A DNA stretch of 62,967 nt, filler included, from 15 parts of 15 records of this genome joined end to end with filler, not necessarily neighbours in it; one strand, 5' to 3'. Shown: positions 26,075-39,606, counted from the first letter of the whole stretch. Numbers and translations: made by a program. Notes: a model not told the origin generated them from the letters alone.

Positions 26075-28079
26075 CAATGGCAAGATGAATACCTTATGTG
26101 GAATGCTTCAAAGTTTATGGATCAAGACAGATTTGCAACACCTTCTGAAACTGTTTGGACACCCGACATTGTTCTGTTTAATAGGTAGTAATTTAGTTTT
26201 TTATACTGTATTCCTATTCTTATTGAAAATAAAGTAATATTATTATTAAATACTGCTATGACACAACTTTTTAATACTCTCAGCGTTATATGATACTTGT
26301 TGGTATAATGTTAACTTCTGGAAATATAACGTACACACTTAATAATATCAGTTGAAATAAGTCAATCTCTTAAGATGCACATGGTGGGTTATTACGTAAT
26401 ATATGTAACCTTTAGAGCAGACGAACTACAAAGTATTTCACACAGATTCATTCACTATGCTGCTATATGGTACAATGGCACCGTTACTTGGGCTTTTCCA
26501 GAAATTTATAAAAGTTTTTGCGTGGTCGAAATTGAAATGTTTCCCTTTGATAAGCAGCACTGCATTTTGCAATTTAATTCTTGGTCTTATGCAGTAGATC
26601 AATTCGAAATAGTTGACGTTATTTTTTCAATGCATAACTTCATAGAAAGTGAATGGAGCGTGTTGAACACAACATCATCAATTTTTGTGGCTGATAGATT
26701 TTCCGTTGCTCAAATTGATATCGAAATGGCTAGACATAGCGCCTCATATACTTATGTCATCATCTTCCCCTATATGCTGCTTAGCGTTCTTACCTTATTT
26801 GTGTTTTGGTTGCCGCCAGATTCAGGTGAAAAAATTACACTAAATATTACCCTTCTCCTTGCCTTGACCATATTTTTGCAATTAATTGCTGAGTACATGC
26901 CAAAAGGTTCTGAGAAAATGCCACTAATAGGTAATCTATATTACAATGTACTTATTTATGTTATTGATATTTTTAGTATCAACAAATACTATTTGTCAAA
27001 TAGTATCAATAGTATCAACAAATTTACAGTATTGATATCTTTACGTTTTGCGGCATATGTGCGGCATCTTTTTGTAAAAGTTTTTATAAGCGTATGTGCA
27101 TACCAAATAGGTCATTGCCATATCCGCCATATTTGCTGTGGTTAAACTAACTTTAGTTCAATTTAGAAAGGATGTTGCTTATTAGTATTTGTAGATATCA
27201 AAATGTAAGGTATAAAATTTTTTTTTTGTTTTCGAAAATATTTGGGAAATTGACAGTGATTTGGTAGTACATTATGTACTGTACATGTATTTTGTGTTCT
27301 AAATACTGAAGAAATTACGTACATCATCTATTACCAAGCTTTGATAAAAATATTTTGATATTAACCTGTTAGTAATGATTTAATTGTTAATAATATATTA
27401 TAACATATATTAATTGTTAATAAATGTTATAACAATGCCATTATTAATTAATATTTTAATAACTGACAATGTTGACTACTTTTTAGCCATATTCTTCAAC
27501 ATCAATTTGATTCTCTGCCTACTTTCAGTTATTTTAACAGTATTAATTTTAAACATTCATCACAGAGGACCAAGAATTAAGCCTGTTCCTTATATTCTTA
27601 AAGCCATTTTTATTTCCTTTTTTTCAAGGTTGGTTTTTCTTCATAACTCACAAGAATATTTCCAAAATTTAATTGATGGCATTTCACAAGTCCACAGAGT
27701 TCTTATAGATGAACCTGAAATGCATCAATACGCTGATAACATTGAAGTAATGTCCAAAAATTTGATGACAAGAATAAATGAAAAGGTCTGTGAATCTACC
27801 GAAATAGTTATGGGAAATACCAACAGCAACAACAACTATCTTTATAACAACTACCACCGGGATTTACACAAAATTTTGAAGGATAAAATTCTTTTGGAAA
27901 TTTTGTTTTGTCAAAGACATTTGGTGGAGAAATCTCATTATGAGGAAGTTATTGATGCAAATGTCAACGACTGGCAAATGTTGGCCTTAATTTTTGATCG
28001 CCTATGCTTAATCATCTATATTATTGCAGTTATTGGTTGCACCGCATCTTTATTCCTGAGCGTAAATAGAAATTATTAA
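26075..28079 (+). CDS. Nicotinic acetylcholine receptor-like (Cys-loop) subunit, non-alpha, 5'-truncated; exons 26075-26184, 26416-26930, 27487-28079
   Basis: VWTPDIVLFN, Cys-loop CVVEIEMFPFDKQHC, SWSY, M1-M2 LPPDSGEKITL (cation-type), LNIHHRGP, DWQMLALIFDRL before M4. No vicinal cysteines. Confidence 0.9.
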
Positions 28080-28985
28080 TTACAACATTTACTAATTGTA
28101 CATACTCAAATTTATTATTAATTGTTGTATTTTGATGAAAGGATGAAATCATCACTACACAAGTTAGCTATTTTTCTGTAAAAGATGCAACGTTTTTCAA
28201 ACTTGATGGTTGCTTTTTTCAGTAATAAATAAGCGATATATTGTAACATTTTATTATTAATAATAACTAGTAGATTTAAAATATGATATACGGTATATAA
28301 TTAATAATAAGTTTATCAATAAATAATATTAGTTACTTATATCATTCATTATTCATGATCTTTCTACTTGTGATATGTAATAATCGTATCTCCTGTTCCC
28401 ACGGTTCTGAAAAACTGCAACCCTTGTCTTAGCTGCGAAAATTCTGTAGACAATAGTGTGAAGTTTGATGTTCTTTTTGCGTTCCTCATAATTACTTTTG
28501 TGTTATCTGTCATGTTGAGAGAATTACTTTCATGCAATAAGACAATAATCCAAAAGTATTAGCAAGATAATTAAATCAGTCTTGGGTATTTAACCCAACC
28601 CCTTTCAATTACCCCAGCTCTATTTCCATATAAGTAAGTCCCATCCAGTCTCATTATTACTATAAGCAATAAATGAATGGAATTTGACAGCACGATAATT
28701 TGAAAACCATTATTATGTGTGTTGCCCTCAGATCACTTTTACTCTTCTTTTCTTTATAATCCAGACTGCATGTGTATACCCCAATAAGAAGGGTGTATAT
28801 TATTATTAAAACATTTTTCTACTTATTGCTTGCTAATGCGCTGTAAATTTAATTTATTAGGCCTTATCAAAGCAATTTGATTCAATTTAGGCAATCCTTT
28901 TAAGCCAATTTACATTGCCCATTTAAGCCAATTTGTTACAATTCACCACCAAGCAAAGTAGCACATCACCAGAACTTCTTCAAAA

Positions 28986-29723
28986 ATGACTACCACCCTA
29001 ACCGTTGTGACAACTGCTAGTGAGCTACATTCTAAGGCTGGATCATCAGTGTCGAAGGATTGTTCCAGCAGCAGCAAGCAAAAAAGACATAGGACAAGAT
29101 TCACACCTGCACAACTTAATGAGCTGGAAAGATATTTTTCTAAGACGCATTATCCTGATATCTTCATGCGTGAAGAACTGGCCATGAGAATTGGACTTAC
29201 GGAATCAAGAATTCAGGTAAAGTTCATTTTTGTACACTATTAAAGTTATTGTTTTTTCTCCAAAACACAGGTTTGGTTTCAAAATCGACGTGCAAAATGG
29301 AAAAAGAGAAAGAAGACAACTAATGTCTTTAGAACCCCTGGAGCTTTGCTTCCACCTCATACCATAACTCCATTTGGTCAGTGCTCAACTGATGCATTTT
29401 TCGGAAATCCCCCGCAAGAAATTAGACCTTGGGGAAACTTGACCAGAACTCAACCAGTGGCTCCAAGTTTTACCATTTCAGCAGATAATCAACCAGTTAA
29501 TTCAACGTGTTTTTATCGTCAACCATATTCTACCAATCAGTACCAAAATTCTCCATGTAATACCTCTGGTTTTGTCACACCTGCATCATTTGTCACTGGA
29601 GTTGATGCTGTACCAGTTATGCAAGATGGTATTCAACATTTGCCAGAAGAAAGCTGGAAGGGGTGCAGCATAGCAGAACTTAGAAGAAAGGCGATGGAAC
29701 ATTCAGTGACTTATCCCAAATGA
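28986..29723 (+). CDS. otp: Homeobox protein orthopedia; exons 28986-29216 and 29271-29723
   Basis: [75 protein letters not shown], plus OAR motif [12 protein letters not shown]. Confidence 0.96.
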
Positions 29724-30588
29724 TGGACATGTTTCTATTAGCATTATGGTTATTATTCATAATCAGACTTGTTATGATTAATCAAATGTTATTTATCCTA
29801 TTACATATTAATAATCTATATTGTTACTAACAAATGAAATATGTTTTGTACTGTTGTGAGTAAAATGCCATTTATTACTATTAATCATATAATAATAGTA
29901 TTGTTGGTTTTGTACATTAGTTATTACATGATGATACCACTGGATATTGTGATGGTGCATATTTAATAAAGACCTCAATATTGTGAGTTAATTTCCTTTT
30001 GTGTTTGTGACACCCAGGTTTTTATTACTATTAATAATAATAATAACACAACTGAGTTAATTTCACCTGTTTATGGTATAGCTTGCTTAATTGACTTAAT
30101 CGGAAACTAATATGGATTAGAGAGCGTTGCTGACGGTTTCACTAAAAAGCTATATTATCACGCAACATTGGTCGCACGTACTAGGCTTCTTACACTCATA
30201 ACAACACCTGAATATCAACTGTTGTGAAAGTATTTAATCAATTACGAATTAGCAGAAAGATGTCACTATCGTTCGATAAACACAAAGAGAAATTTCACCA
30301 GTAATTCATATAGTGCTTCTATAGTGTACCTGCGTTCATTTACTTTGTTAGTCTTTGAATGAGAATAGTTTCATCACAAAAAAATAATTCGAATCTTCCA
30401 CAAGATAATTTAATAAAATACCTACTTATAAATATGATGACGTTTTCTAATTCAATTCTCTTTGGGATTTCTATGATAAAAATCGGATNNNNNNNNNNNN
30501 NNNNNNNNNNNNNNNNNNNNNNNNNNNNNNNNTTAATTAATTAANNNNNNNNNNNNNNNNNNNNNNNNNNNNNNNNNNNNNNNNNNNN

Positions 30589-31738
30589 ATGGAATCTCTT
30601 TATTAAACAAATAAACAAAAGATAAAGACCAGCAGAACCTCTCGTGCTTCATCCAGACCCTCACCAGAGCTGCACCAAACAAAAACAAAGCTTCTGTTGG
30701 CCGCGATATCTTCAATAGGCAACGCTTTTATCTACAAATTCGAGAAATAATAAACAAATAATAAACAATATCTAGATAATTACTATATAACCAAATTATG
30801 TATGACATCTATCTGGAAAAGATTATGGAAATTCCATAAACGTACCTCTTCCCAAGTCCAATATTTATCCCATGTAACACCTGTCTGACGTGAGGATTCT
30901 TCTAATGGAGGCTCAATTAATATCACGTCAAACTTAGAATTGAGCTCATTAAAATCCAAAGTTTCTAGTTCACATTTTAGATACATTGGTGGTACATTGG
31001 ACTGTGCAATAGCATCATCTTTTAGCTGAATCAATTCCCGCAATTTAGGGTATTCTTCAAATCTATCTGATAAGCCTGAATCCCTAATAAAATTTTGCGG
31101 TCTCTGGTTAGTATCAACACAGTGTTGAGAATAGTCATTGTGTGGATTGGCACTCTGGGTTCCTTTCAAAAATAGTTTAGAATCTTTATATTCCAGCAAT
31201 TTGTAATCATCACGAACGTTATGGTGTTCGTCATCATTATCATCCACCTTAATCTTTTTCAATGTGAATAACTCTTGTTCAGATCCAAAAAGAGTTGATT
31301 TGTTTCTATCCCTACACATAATTTTAGAATATTATTTGTGAGTTAAATTCGTTAAAACCTTTACTCATTTTTATAAGCACTTTGATTTCTACGTTTCTGG
31401 TTTGAAGTTCCTAGAAGAGGTTCTGTATAGAGAGCGTTTCCCAGTATATCTGGTGATGTTACTCCCAACTAAATAAGTAAGATTAATTATTTAGAGAATT
31501 TGAAGAGCGCCACCTTTCAATAAAATCATCAGACATAACACATGAATTATGGATGAAGTTAAGAGATATTCATCCTAACATAATTAAATTACATAATTTA
31601 CTAATATAATTAATAAAATGACCCTAAATTTAATTATGAGCTAATTACTTATTCTAACAATACCTGCTTTGCAATAAGACCTTTTCTTTTTTTCCATCTC
31701 TCTTTAAAGATAGTATTAAAATTGCCCTTAGAACTCAT
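30589..31738 (-). CDS. METTL14: m6A methyltransferase non-catalytic subunit METTL14, 5' part; exons 31738-31664, approx. 31469-31365, approx. 31310-30846, then a further exon near 30715 and below
   Basis: [80 protein letters not shown]. Confidence 0.95.
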
Positions 31739-31887
31739 GATGGTATCAACTACAAATTTGATTTTTAAAGTAATACGCAAAGAGATAATAAATTCCATGA
31801 ATCCTATGCTATAAATAGAATACTAAACAAGAAGCACAAAATTTGACAAATTTGTTAATGATTACAACATTATTAATTGTTTCATGA

Positions 31888-33513
31888 TTAAATAAATTGA
31901 CCAAGGTGCAAGAATACAGGTTGACACAGCGTTTGTTCTTCGATTTCCGTACCATGTCTGATATCTGACACGATAAGCTTAATGCTATATTGAAGTTGAA
32001 AAGAGATCTAAATATATTAACAAAATAAGGGTAATCAAAATTCTTAAAAGGCATTACCCATATTTGACTTCCAGCTTCAATTTGCTCTTCTAAAGTAACA
32101 AATAGTCTAATGCCAACTTTTGTCCCTTTCCTATAGACCACAATTTCAGGATCATCTATAAATTCTACTTCATCTGTCTAAATTGCAAGTTTCATTACTC
32201 AAGTTAACTATTTATTACTAAATAATTATCAAATAACCAAAAACCTGTAAGTCTCTAGGTTTAAAAGCTGGAAATCCAATGGTTATTTCTTTACTTTTAA
32301 GATCAATCTATACAAAAAATATATAAAATCCCATATAAAGTGTACATCTTTAAAAGATTTTTTATAAATATACTTCTGCGTTAACTTTTGGATAAATGCT
32401 ACCAGACTTCTGTAAATTTAATTTCTCATTCGGCATCAAAGTGACTAAAGTATCGCATTCTAATCTGCTGCTAACCGTTAGTACAACTTCATTTTGACTA
32501 TTAGCAATCCATTTTTCAGGTAACTTCATTATTTTAACTTCAGGTATGTAATAGAGTGCAAAGAAACTAAGCTTAAATTTCGTAGACATTCCAGATATTA
32601 AATCTCTTCGCTTTAAAATATGATCACACTCCTGAAAAGAATAACATTTAAAAATAATAAAAATTAATATTAAAAAACCAACTTTGCATCTAATAGATGT
32701 TTTGCAATCTAATCGTCTTTGCAAAGGATACAATGATCTACATGAAACGATTTGACTTTCTGGAGAAGCCATTCTTTGGCACAAATTTGTGTTCTTGGGA
32801 GACTCTTCAGAAAATGTTTGAAAAAATTCCTCCTCAAATTCAGGTTCAATTTCTTCAAGAGGTTCATCAGGTTCTAATGTCGTTTCAGCTACATTGTGAT
32901 CCAGCAATCCCAAGTTAGTCAACATTTCAGATCTCTTTCTCAAGGCTTTGGTCAGCATATCATCACCATCCTTCTTTAGAAATATGATACTACTAGAACG
33001 ACGATAGCGTCTTTGCTTCTGTTCTGACTTTTCTCTTTTGCACAAGAATTCATAATAATCTCTTAAGGATTGACATCTATTATTAAATTCCACCAAATTT
33101 GGAAAATGTTCTTCACCAATAAAGCTTTCACTCTTTGGTGTCCAGGAGTAACTGTTGTTGGCCTTGGGCATACCAACATCATCTGTTGTCCATTTACACA
33201 CTGGACATGCCAAGTAGTACTTCTTCTGGTTTGTAGATTCTTCCAACAATGCTTTAGGGTATAATCTTTGTTCATTGGAACAACTAGGACAAACGTAGCA
33301 CTTCAAGCATTTATATGAGTTCTTGGCTTTAGCGTCTTCATTCTGAACAAGTTCACCACAAGTTGGGCAGAAATAAATATCTACTTCTGTCTTTGCGCAA
33401 TCGATGCATCGCGTTTTACAACAGTACTTGCAAAAATAAAGGTAATACAACGGCTTCAATTCAGAGCAGGAGCAAATATATGGAATTCTGTTTGCATTAA
33501 AGGTTGTTGCCAT
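31888..33513 (-). CDS. DCTN4: Dynactin subunit 4 (p62); about 5 exons, last exon ending ..TLCQPVFLHLGQFI*
   Basis: LYFCKYCCKTRCIDC..FCPTC, CPSC, YYLACPVCKWTTDDVG, RCK|ECDHIL, ALYYIPEVKI, FIDDPEIVVYRKGTKVG. Confidence 0.9.
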
Positions 33514-33843
33514 TTCCAACGCTATAAAAAACAACAACTTCTACAAGATCAGTAATGTTAAAACTGTAACTAACAAAAGTCTGGATACAAGCTTTCACTT
33601 ATAACTTCTAATGAGCCTATTGACATTTTTTTCAAAAAAAAGTTTAATGAAAAATGAAAATTACAATGAAGTGGTGATGAAGTCGTTTTCTCAATTAAAA
33701 CATGAGGACTGATGATTCAGGAGAAAAAATTGTTAGACAAGTGAATCATACAATTTAAAACTTATCGTTAATAATAATAAAAATTATTACAAATTATAAC
33801 TTTAACTTTATTTTAACTTATTGCTTTTATTTTTTGTAAATTA

Positions 33844-34502
33844 CTAATATCCCTTAGCATTGCCCTTTCTCTTAATGGTATTACTAAGAGCAAATTCAGC
33901 AGCCTTAGCCATAGATCTTGTCCGTATGCCACTATAAAGACCTTCAGACTCTGCAGTAGAGGAAGCCTCAGACTCGGAGTAAGCTACTTTTCGTGGTCTT
34001 CCGCGCTTGCGTTTGATAGTAGTTGACTCAACCACGTCATTGTCATCAACAGAGGTAACTTTTCTCTTCCGACCTCTACTGCTCGCTTTAGCAATTGCCC
34101 TTCGTTCTTCTATAGTGATGAAAGAACTTGACACTTCTTGAAATTTTAGCCCTGGAGAATATTTTGATGTCTTCACTGAATCGATTTCCCAATTAGTTTC
34201 AAATGACTTTAAGGTCTCTTCTTTTTCCATATTGTCACAATAAAGTTCCGATGGGAAATGCATGACACTATTTGATGTTTTGGTCCTGATCTGTGCCAAT
34301 TTTTTTGGGGAAGAAATCTTAACAGGACTACTCTTTTCAGTTTCTTTGGGGGCAAATTCTTCCAAACCTGTTGTGTCCAAAGATTCAAAAGACGTCTCTT
34401 CAGTTTGTTCTACAGCAAATTGAATACAATAATAATCTTCGTCTTCTTCTCCCTCCTCCTCTTCTTCTTCCTCTACCACTTCTGGCTCATCATCGTCCTC
34501 TT
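33844..34502 (-). CDS. 3' exon of an acidic nuclear protein with an AT-hook (5'-truncated)
   Basis: Poly-Glu tract and KRKRGRPRK AT-hook; the frame is open to the contig edge. Confidence 0.6.
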
Positions 34503-35140
34503 NNNNNNNNNNNNNNNNNNNNNNNNNNNNNNNNNNNNNNNNNNNNTTAATTAATTAANNNNNNNNNNNNNNNNNNNNNNNNNNNNNNNNNNNNNNNNNN
34601 NNTTACTAAAAATATAAGCATAGAAAATATATAAAAGTATGCTTTAGTATTAAGTAAAATTTTCATTAGTAAATAAAATAATGTAAAAACATTTTAAAAT
34701 TTATCTTTATTTCTTAATAACAGAAATTAAGAATATTACTGTAGTAATTTATTAGTATTTTATGCCAATATTTAGATAACCATATTTACATTTTCATACT
34801 ATTATTAATTAATAACTATAATAGCTATAATTAATAACTAATAATAACTATATTTCAAAAAGCGAACTCATTTAGTATCATAATTAAACTGTGAAAATAA
34901 GAAATACCATGTCACTTATTATTACAATAGTATAGGTATTCATACTATCACAAGTGTGTAATAATATTGCACTGCAATATCCTTGATTCATATTTTATTC
35001 CACTAATCACATTGACAAAGAGCATCATTGTAACCCAGTGTGAAGCAATTACATCCAAAGATAATTTTATTAACTAGATTTATTACAAACTGTTTGTGTC
35101 TATTACGCAATGGCTGTTATGTAATTAAGATAATTGTATA

Positions 35141-35286
35141 AAGATTTATTACAAACACTTCTACATGTTTCGACCTATTGCCGTCTTCATGATTCATGAA
35201 ATTCATGAGATTCATGACATGAATCATGAATAGTAAGAAATAGTCAACTAGTACAGGTATTTTAAATACTGTTTGTAATAAATCTT
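35141..35286. repeat. Fold-back element with 17-bp terminal inverted repeat
   Basis: AAGATTTATTACAAACA ... TGTTTGTAATAAATCTT, with internal ACATGTTTCG and TTCATGA repeats. Confidence 0.7.
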
Positions 35287-35396
35287 GTTAATAATAATAA
35301 AAGTATCTTTGAAAGAGCATCGTAAAAAGAAGTAACCCGTCCTGTTCTAAATATAAAAATATTGGATAGATCTATTATTAATATTTACTAAATATC

Positions 35397-38300
35397 TTAG
35401 GAACTGCGATATTTTTCAGGTAGTCCTTTCGAGTTTACAGGTATGCCAAGTAATGCTACTAAATCATCTAAATTAAGAACTTCTTTCTTCAAAAGAGCAC
35501 TAGCAACTGAATCTAATCCCTTTCTATTTTCTCTTAACAATTTCTCAACTTTAATGTAAATATCAGATATCAGTCGCTTGACCTCAAAATCAATCATATC
35601 TTGAGTTAAACTGCTAAATGGTTTTGCTCTTGATTTGTAGTAGATCTCTTCAAAGTCGGATTTGTCATAACATAGATGTGGAAAACTTTTGCCCATACCA
35701 TGTTTCAAAATCATGTCATATGCCATTTTAGTGACAGAGTCCAGCTCAGCTTTTGACAGGGTTGAAGGTTTGTTAAAAACGATGTTTTCAGCAGCACGTC
35801 CAGACAACTTTGATGCAATGGCATCCTTCAATTGCTCAGTGTTTAAGATTTTAAATTCTTCATATGCACTTTGTATGAAGCCCAAGGATTGGTTGGTATG
35901 CGGTTTAATGGACACTTTCATCAAAGGTGCAGCTTTTTTCAACAACCAACTTGACACAGCATGTCCAGCTTTATTATACGCAATAACTCTTCTTTCGTAT
36001 TCACTTAGGATACGTGATTTCTTCGTCGCACCAGCTAAAACGCGCTCCACGGAATCTTCAAAATGAGTTATATCAACGAATGGTGAAGCTGCTCTACCAG
36101 CAGCTAAGGCACCTTCATTAGAAATATTTGCAATGTCTGCGCCACTCATTCCAGGTGTCATCGGTGCCAATCGTTCGGCGTAATAATTCGTGTTGTGCTT
36201 GAGCTTTAATTGTTTTAAATGCACATTAAAAATTTCGATTCGTTCCGATAAATCAGGTAAATCAATTAAAATATGTCTATCGAAACGTCCAGGGCGCATT
36301 AGAGCAGGATCTAGCACTTCAGACCTATTGGTGCTTGCCAAAACAACAACTCTTTCCCCACTGGTCATTCCATCCATTTCTACCAGCAATTGGTTTAAGG
36401 TTTGATCATTTTCACGGTTTCCAAACAAACTTGAACCTCTTGTACCACCAACAGCATCTATTTCATCAATGTAAACAATGCTAGGAGCATAGCTTCTTCC
36501 TTTCTCAAAAAGTTGTCTGACTCTAGCGGCACCAACACCAGCATACATTTCTATAAATTGTGAACCACTCATAGTTAGAAATGGAACAGTAGCTTCAGTG
36601 GCAACTGCTTTGGCAAGCAGGGTTTTTCCACATCCTGGAGGACCAAGAAGTAAAACACCATGTGGCACTTTTGCACCAATTTGTTCATACTTTTTAGGAT
36701 TTTTTAGATAATCAACAATTTCCATAACTTCAGCCTTTGCTTCATGCATTCCAGCAACATGTTTTAAGGATACTTTAGCACCACCAGTCTTTAGAAAAGG
36801 ATCAACAACTTTTATATCAGCTTTGGTAAATTGTTGCGATAATTGTCTGAAACTTCTCGAAAGACCAACTCCAGATTTGCCAAAAATCTTGAAAATAACC
36901 AGCCAAACTATGGCGGAAGTAATCAAAGTGGTAAAAAGAAGTTCTCTGAAAAGATGTCTATTTTTCACATCGTAATGAACAGGAACAAACTTGCTAGAAG
37001 GAATACCAAGTCCTTTTTCGGCTTTGCGCAGATCTGTCTCAAATTCTTCGAAATTACGAAGATCCAAAATACCAACAACATTGGAAGAAATAGGTTGACC
37101 ATCAATAATCGCACCGGGCTGAAAGAAAACTCTAGCTAATGACGTAGGATATCTTTTCACAACCACAGAAGCTACTTCACCTTTAGCTAAAACGTTGTCT
37201 ACAAAGTAATTCCAAGATAAATGAAATTCTTTGTAACCTAACATTTCATGGTCTGTGCTTGAAAGGCCAAATACTATATCGATTACAATCATAACTAATG
37301 ATATTTTCATTATCATTTTCACAATATGCTCATCATCAAACTTATTTTCTTTTCCACCATCATCATTTTTTTTCTTATTGTCCTGTTTGTTATCACTACT
37401 AGTACTGCTACTAGAAAATGAACGATTATGTATTTTCGTACAGTCCCTGTTTGCCATATAAGCAAAAATGTTTGCTTGATAAGTATTAGCTGCAAATAGT
37501 GGTTGTTTGGAAATTGATTCACCTAGATACACAAATAAAAAGACGTAATTATTTTTTAAAAAAGAAATATACACTGGATATTATGGTATGTATAATAAAT
37601 ATAAGAAATATACACTGCATATTATGGTATAATATGTAATAATTATACAAAATGTATAACAAAAAGCAAATGCATGTAGTAACAAAATACAGTCTTGTAA
37701 ATTACTTAATTAAAATACATAATTACAAAATTATGTACCACAAGAGCAACTATCTACGTATTCGGAATACAGTATTCCCATGTGCATTTATAATATAAAT
37801 TATATATGTAGATTATCTATATTATGTACAGTTTACAGTTTAAAGTACATTTAATAAGTACCGCTACATACTTTGGTATATCGGTATGTGTAGTACACAT
37901 TGTGTATCATGAAAAACTTGTAATGAAGGTGTACACGTCATATTTTATTAACAAACTGATTATTTATTGTTAATACATACATAATATGTAATAATAAAAT
38001 AATATGCAATAATAAATCTCGGAACATGTTTCGGTAGCTTGTCATTGCCATACTGATAATTGTAGATTGTCGAAACATGTTCCGAGATTTGTTGTACTCT
38101 AAGAGGTTAAGTTTTTAACGAAATATAATAACATAGGTACATGTGTACAAGGGTACTACTTGTTATGTATTATGTATTAATAATAACAAATGAACGTGTA
38201 CACATGTTATGTTGATGTTATCGCCATTTTTATAAATTTTATTGACTTGTTAGTACTAACTAAACACAGCAATTGTGCAATAAATGTCTACTAATGTCCA

Positions 38301-38515
38301 CATTGGTGCGTATCTACGTAACTACGTACATAAAAGAAAATTACATTTGACTAACCATTAGTAGTAATGCAATATTTGCAATAAACTCTTTCTCCAAAAA
38401 CGTATGGTATTGAGCAAAAGCTCATTTCTTGACCAATACGGAGCCGTCTCATGCTGCATCTGGATAATAATAGCAATGATTTGCCGGAGCCAGAACCACG
38501 GAACAATATCATCAT
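35397..38515 (-). CDS. SPG7: Paraplegin, m-AAA protease subunit; exons 38515-38356 (presequence-like) and 37522-35397
   Basis: VAGMHEAKAEV, GAKVPHGVLLLGPPGCGKTLLAKAVATEA and IVYIDEIDAVG (SPG7-type rather than AFG3L2), SRH LDPALMRPGRFDRHILIDLP, two TM segments. The phase-1 junction is in frame. Confidence 0.9.
38011..38093. repeat. Palindromic element (about 23-bp inverted repeat) in the SPG7 intron
   Basis: AATAAATCTCGGAACATGTTTCG ... CGAAACATGTTCCGAGATTTGTT. Confidence 0.8.
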
Positions 38516-38937
38516 ATTTCTTTCTCACTAAACAACTGTCAATTTGAGTATAAAAAGTTCGTACAATTTACACGATACATACCTATTACGAACAGATTAC
38601 AGTAGTAGATACATACCGTATATGTAGTACAGTTTACAGTAGTGTACTTACCTAGATTAGTGTACTTATTAATCTGAAAGTTAGGTTACTTATTATAGAA
38701 GATAGCCTATTAGTACTGTATCTTAGATAGGTACATACTAATCGACAATACCAAAATGATACCCCAAATAAGTACAGTATGTAGGGTATGTACAGTCTGT
38801 TCGGAATACTTTCCTNNNNNNNNNNNNNNNNNNNNNNNNNNNNNNNNNNNNNNNNNNNNTTAATTAATTAANNNNNNNNNNNNNNNNNNNNNNNNNNNNN
38901 NNNNNNNNNNNNNNNATAGGTATGTGAAGTACATAGT

Positions 38938-39606
38938 ATGGAAAATGAAAATGCAAACAGTCAATTTTCTACAAATAGAACACCAGACAACACCTTTGTA
39001 GTACTTGATACCGAAATTTACTGGGATAAACGAAAAACCACCACTAATGGACGTCCACTGTATCTTGGTCGTGAAATAGATGCAGGAAGTGATTTAAAGG
39101 GAAAGACGGAATTTGTGACTTATGGTGTCCGCAACTATTTGCATGAACGAGGACTTCTTGCTCCAAAATTTTGCTCACATAGAGTACACGTTCCTATTGG
39201 CAAGCTGAGAAGGGGCCATTTACAATCTATTCAGAAACCTGTCGAATTGACAGGCCCTACAATCAGTCAATGTAGGGGTATTTTGCCTCTTCCTAAGCCT
39301 AAACCCGTGCAAAAACTTACAAAAAAGTCAGTAATGCAGAAGATGAAGGAATTCGAGAGAGTGAAGAAAGAACGAGAACGAAAGGTTTCTTTCGAAAATA
39401 CCCGAAGCGAACACAGTGATCACAGACCATCATTAGCCTCAAAAGAAGATGATTTCATAGAAACGCTTTTGTCCGACGACAAATCTACCGTTCCTTCTAG
39501 GTTTCACGATGTCCACAAATATTCCGAACTTATGGCTAACAATATCTTGTATGATGTGTTTCGCACTTTAAGTGTGTCCAGTTATTCAGGCAATATAACA
39601 AAGTAA
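38938..39606 (+). CDS. Hypothetical basic protein (222 aa, possibly 5'-incomplete)
   Basis: Long ORF with coding-like composition; no family recognised. Confidence 0.6.
   Translation: MENENANSQFSTNRTPDNTFVVLDTEIYWDKRKTTTNGRPLYLGREIDAGSDLKGKTEFVTYGVRNYLHERGLLAPKFCSHRVHVPIGKLRRGHLQSIQKPVELTGPTISQCRGILPLPKPKPVQKLTKKSVMQKMKEFERVKKERERKVSFENTRSEHSDHRPSLASKEDDFIETLLSDDKSTVPSRFHDVHKYSELMANNILYDVFRTLSVSSYSGNITK

Noticed and set aside
35689-37461. Plus-strand ORFs over SPG7 and similar antisense ORFs over other genes
   Set aside because: Shadow frames of real coding exons with no independent motifs.
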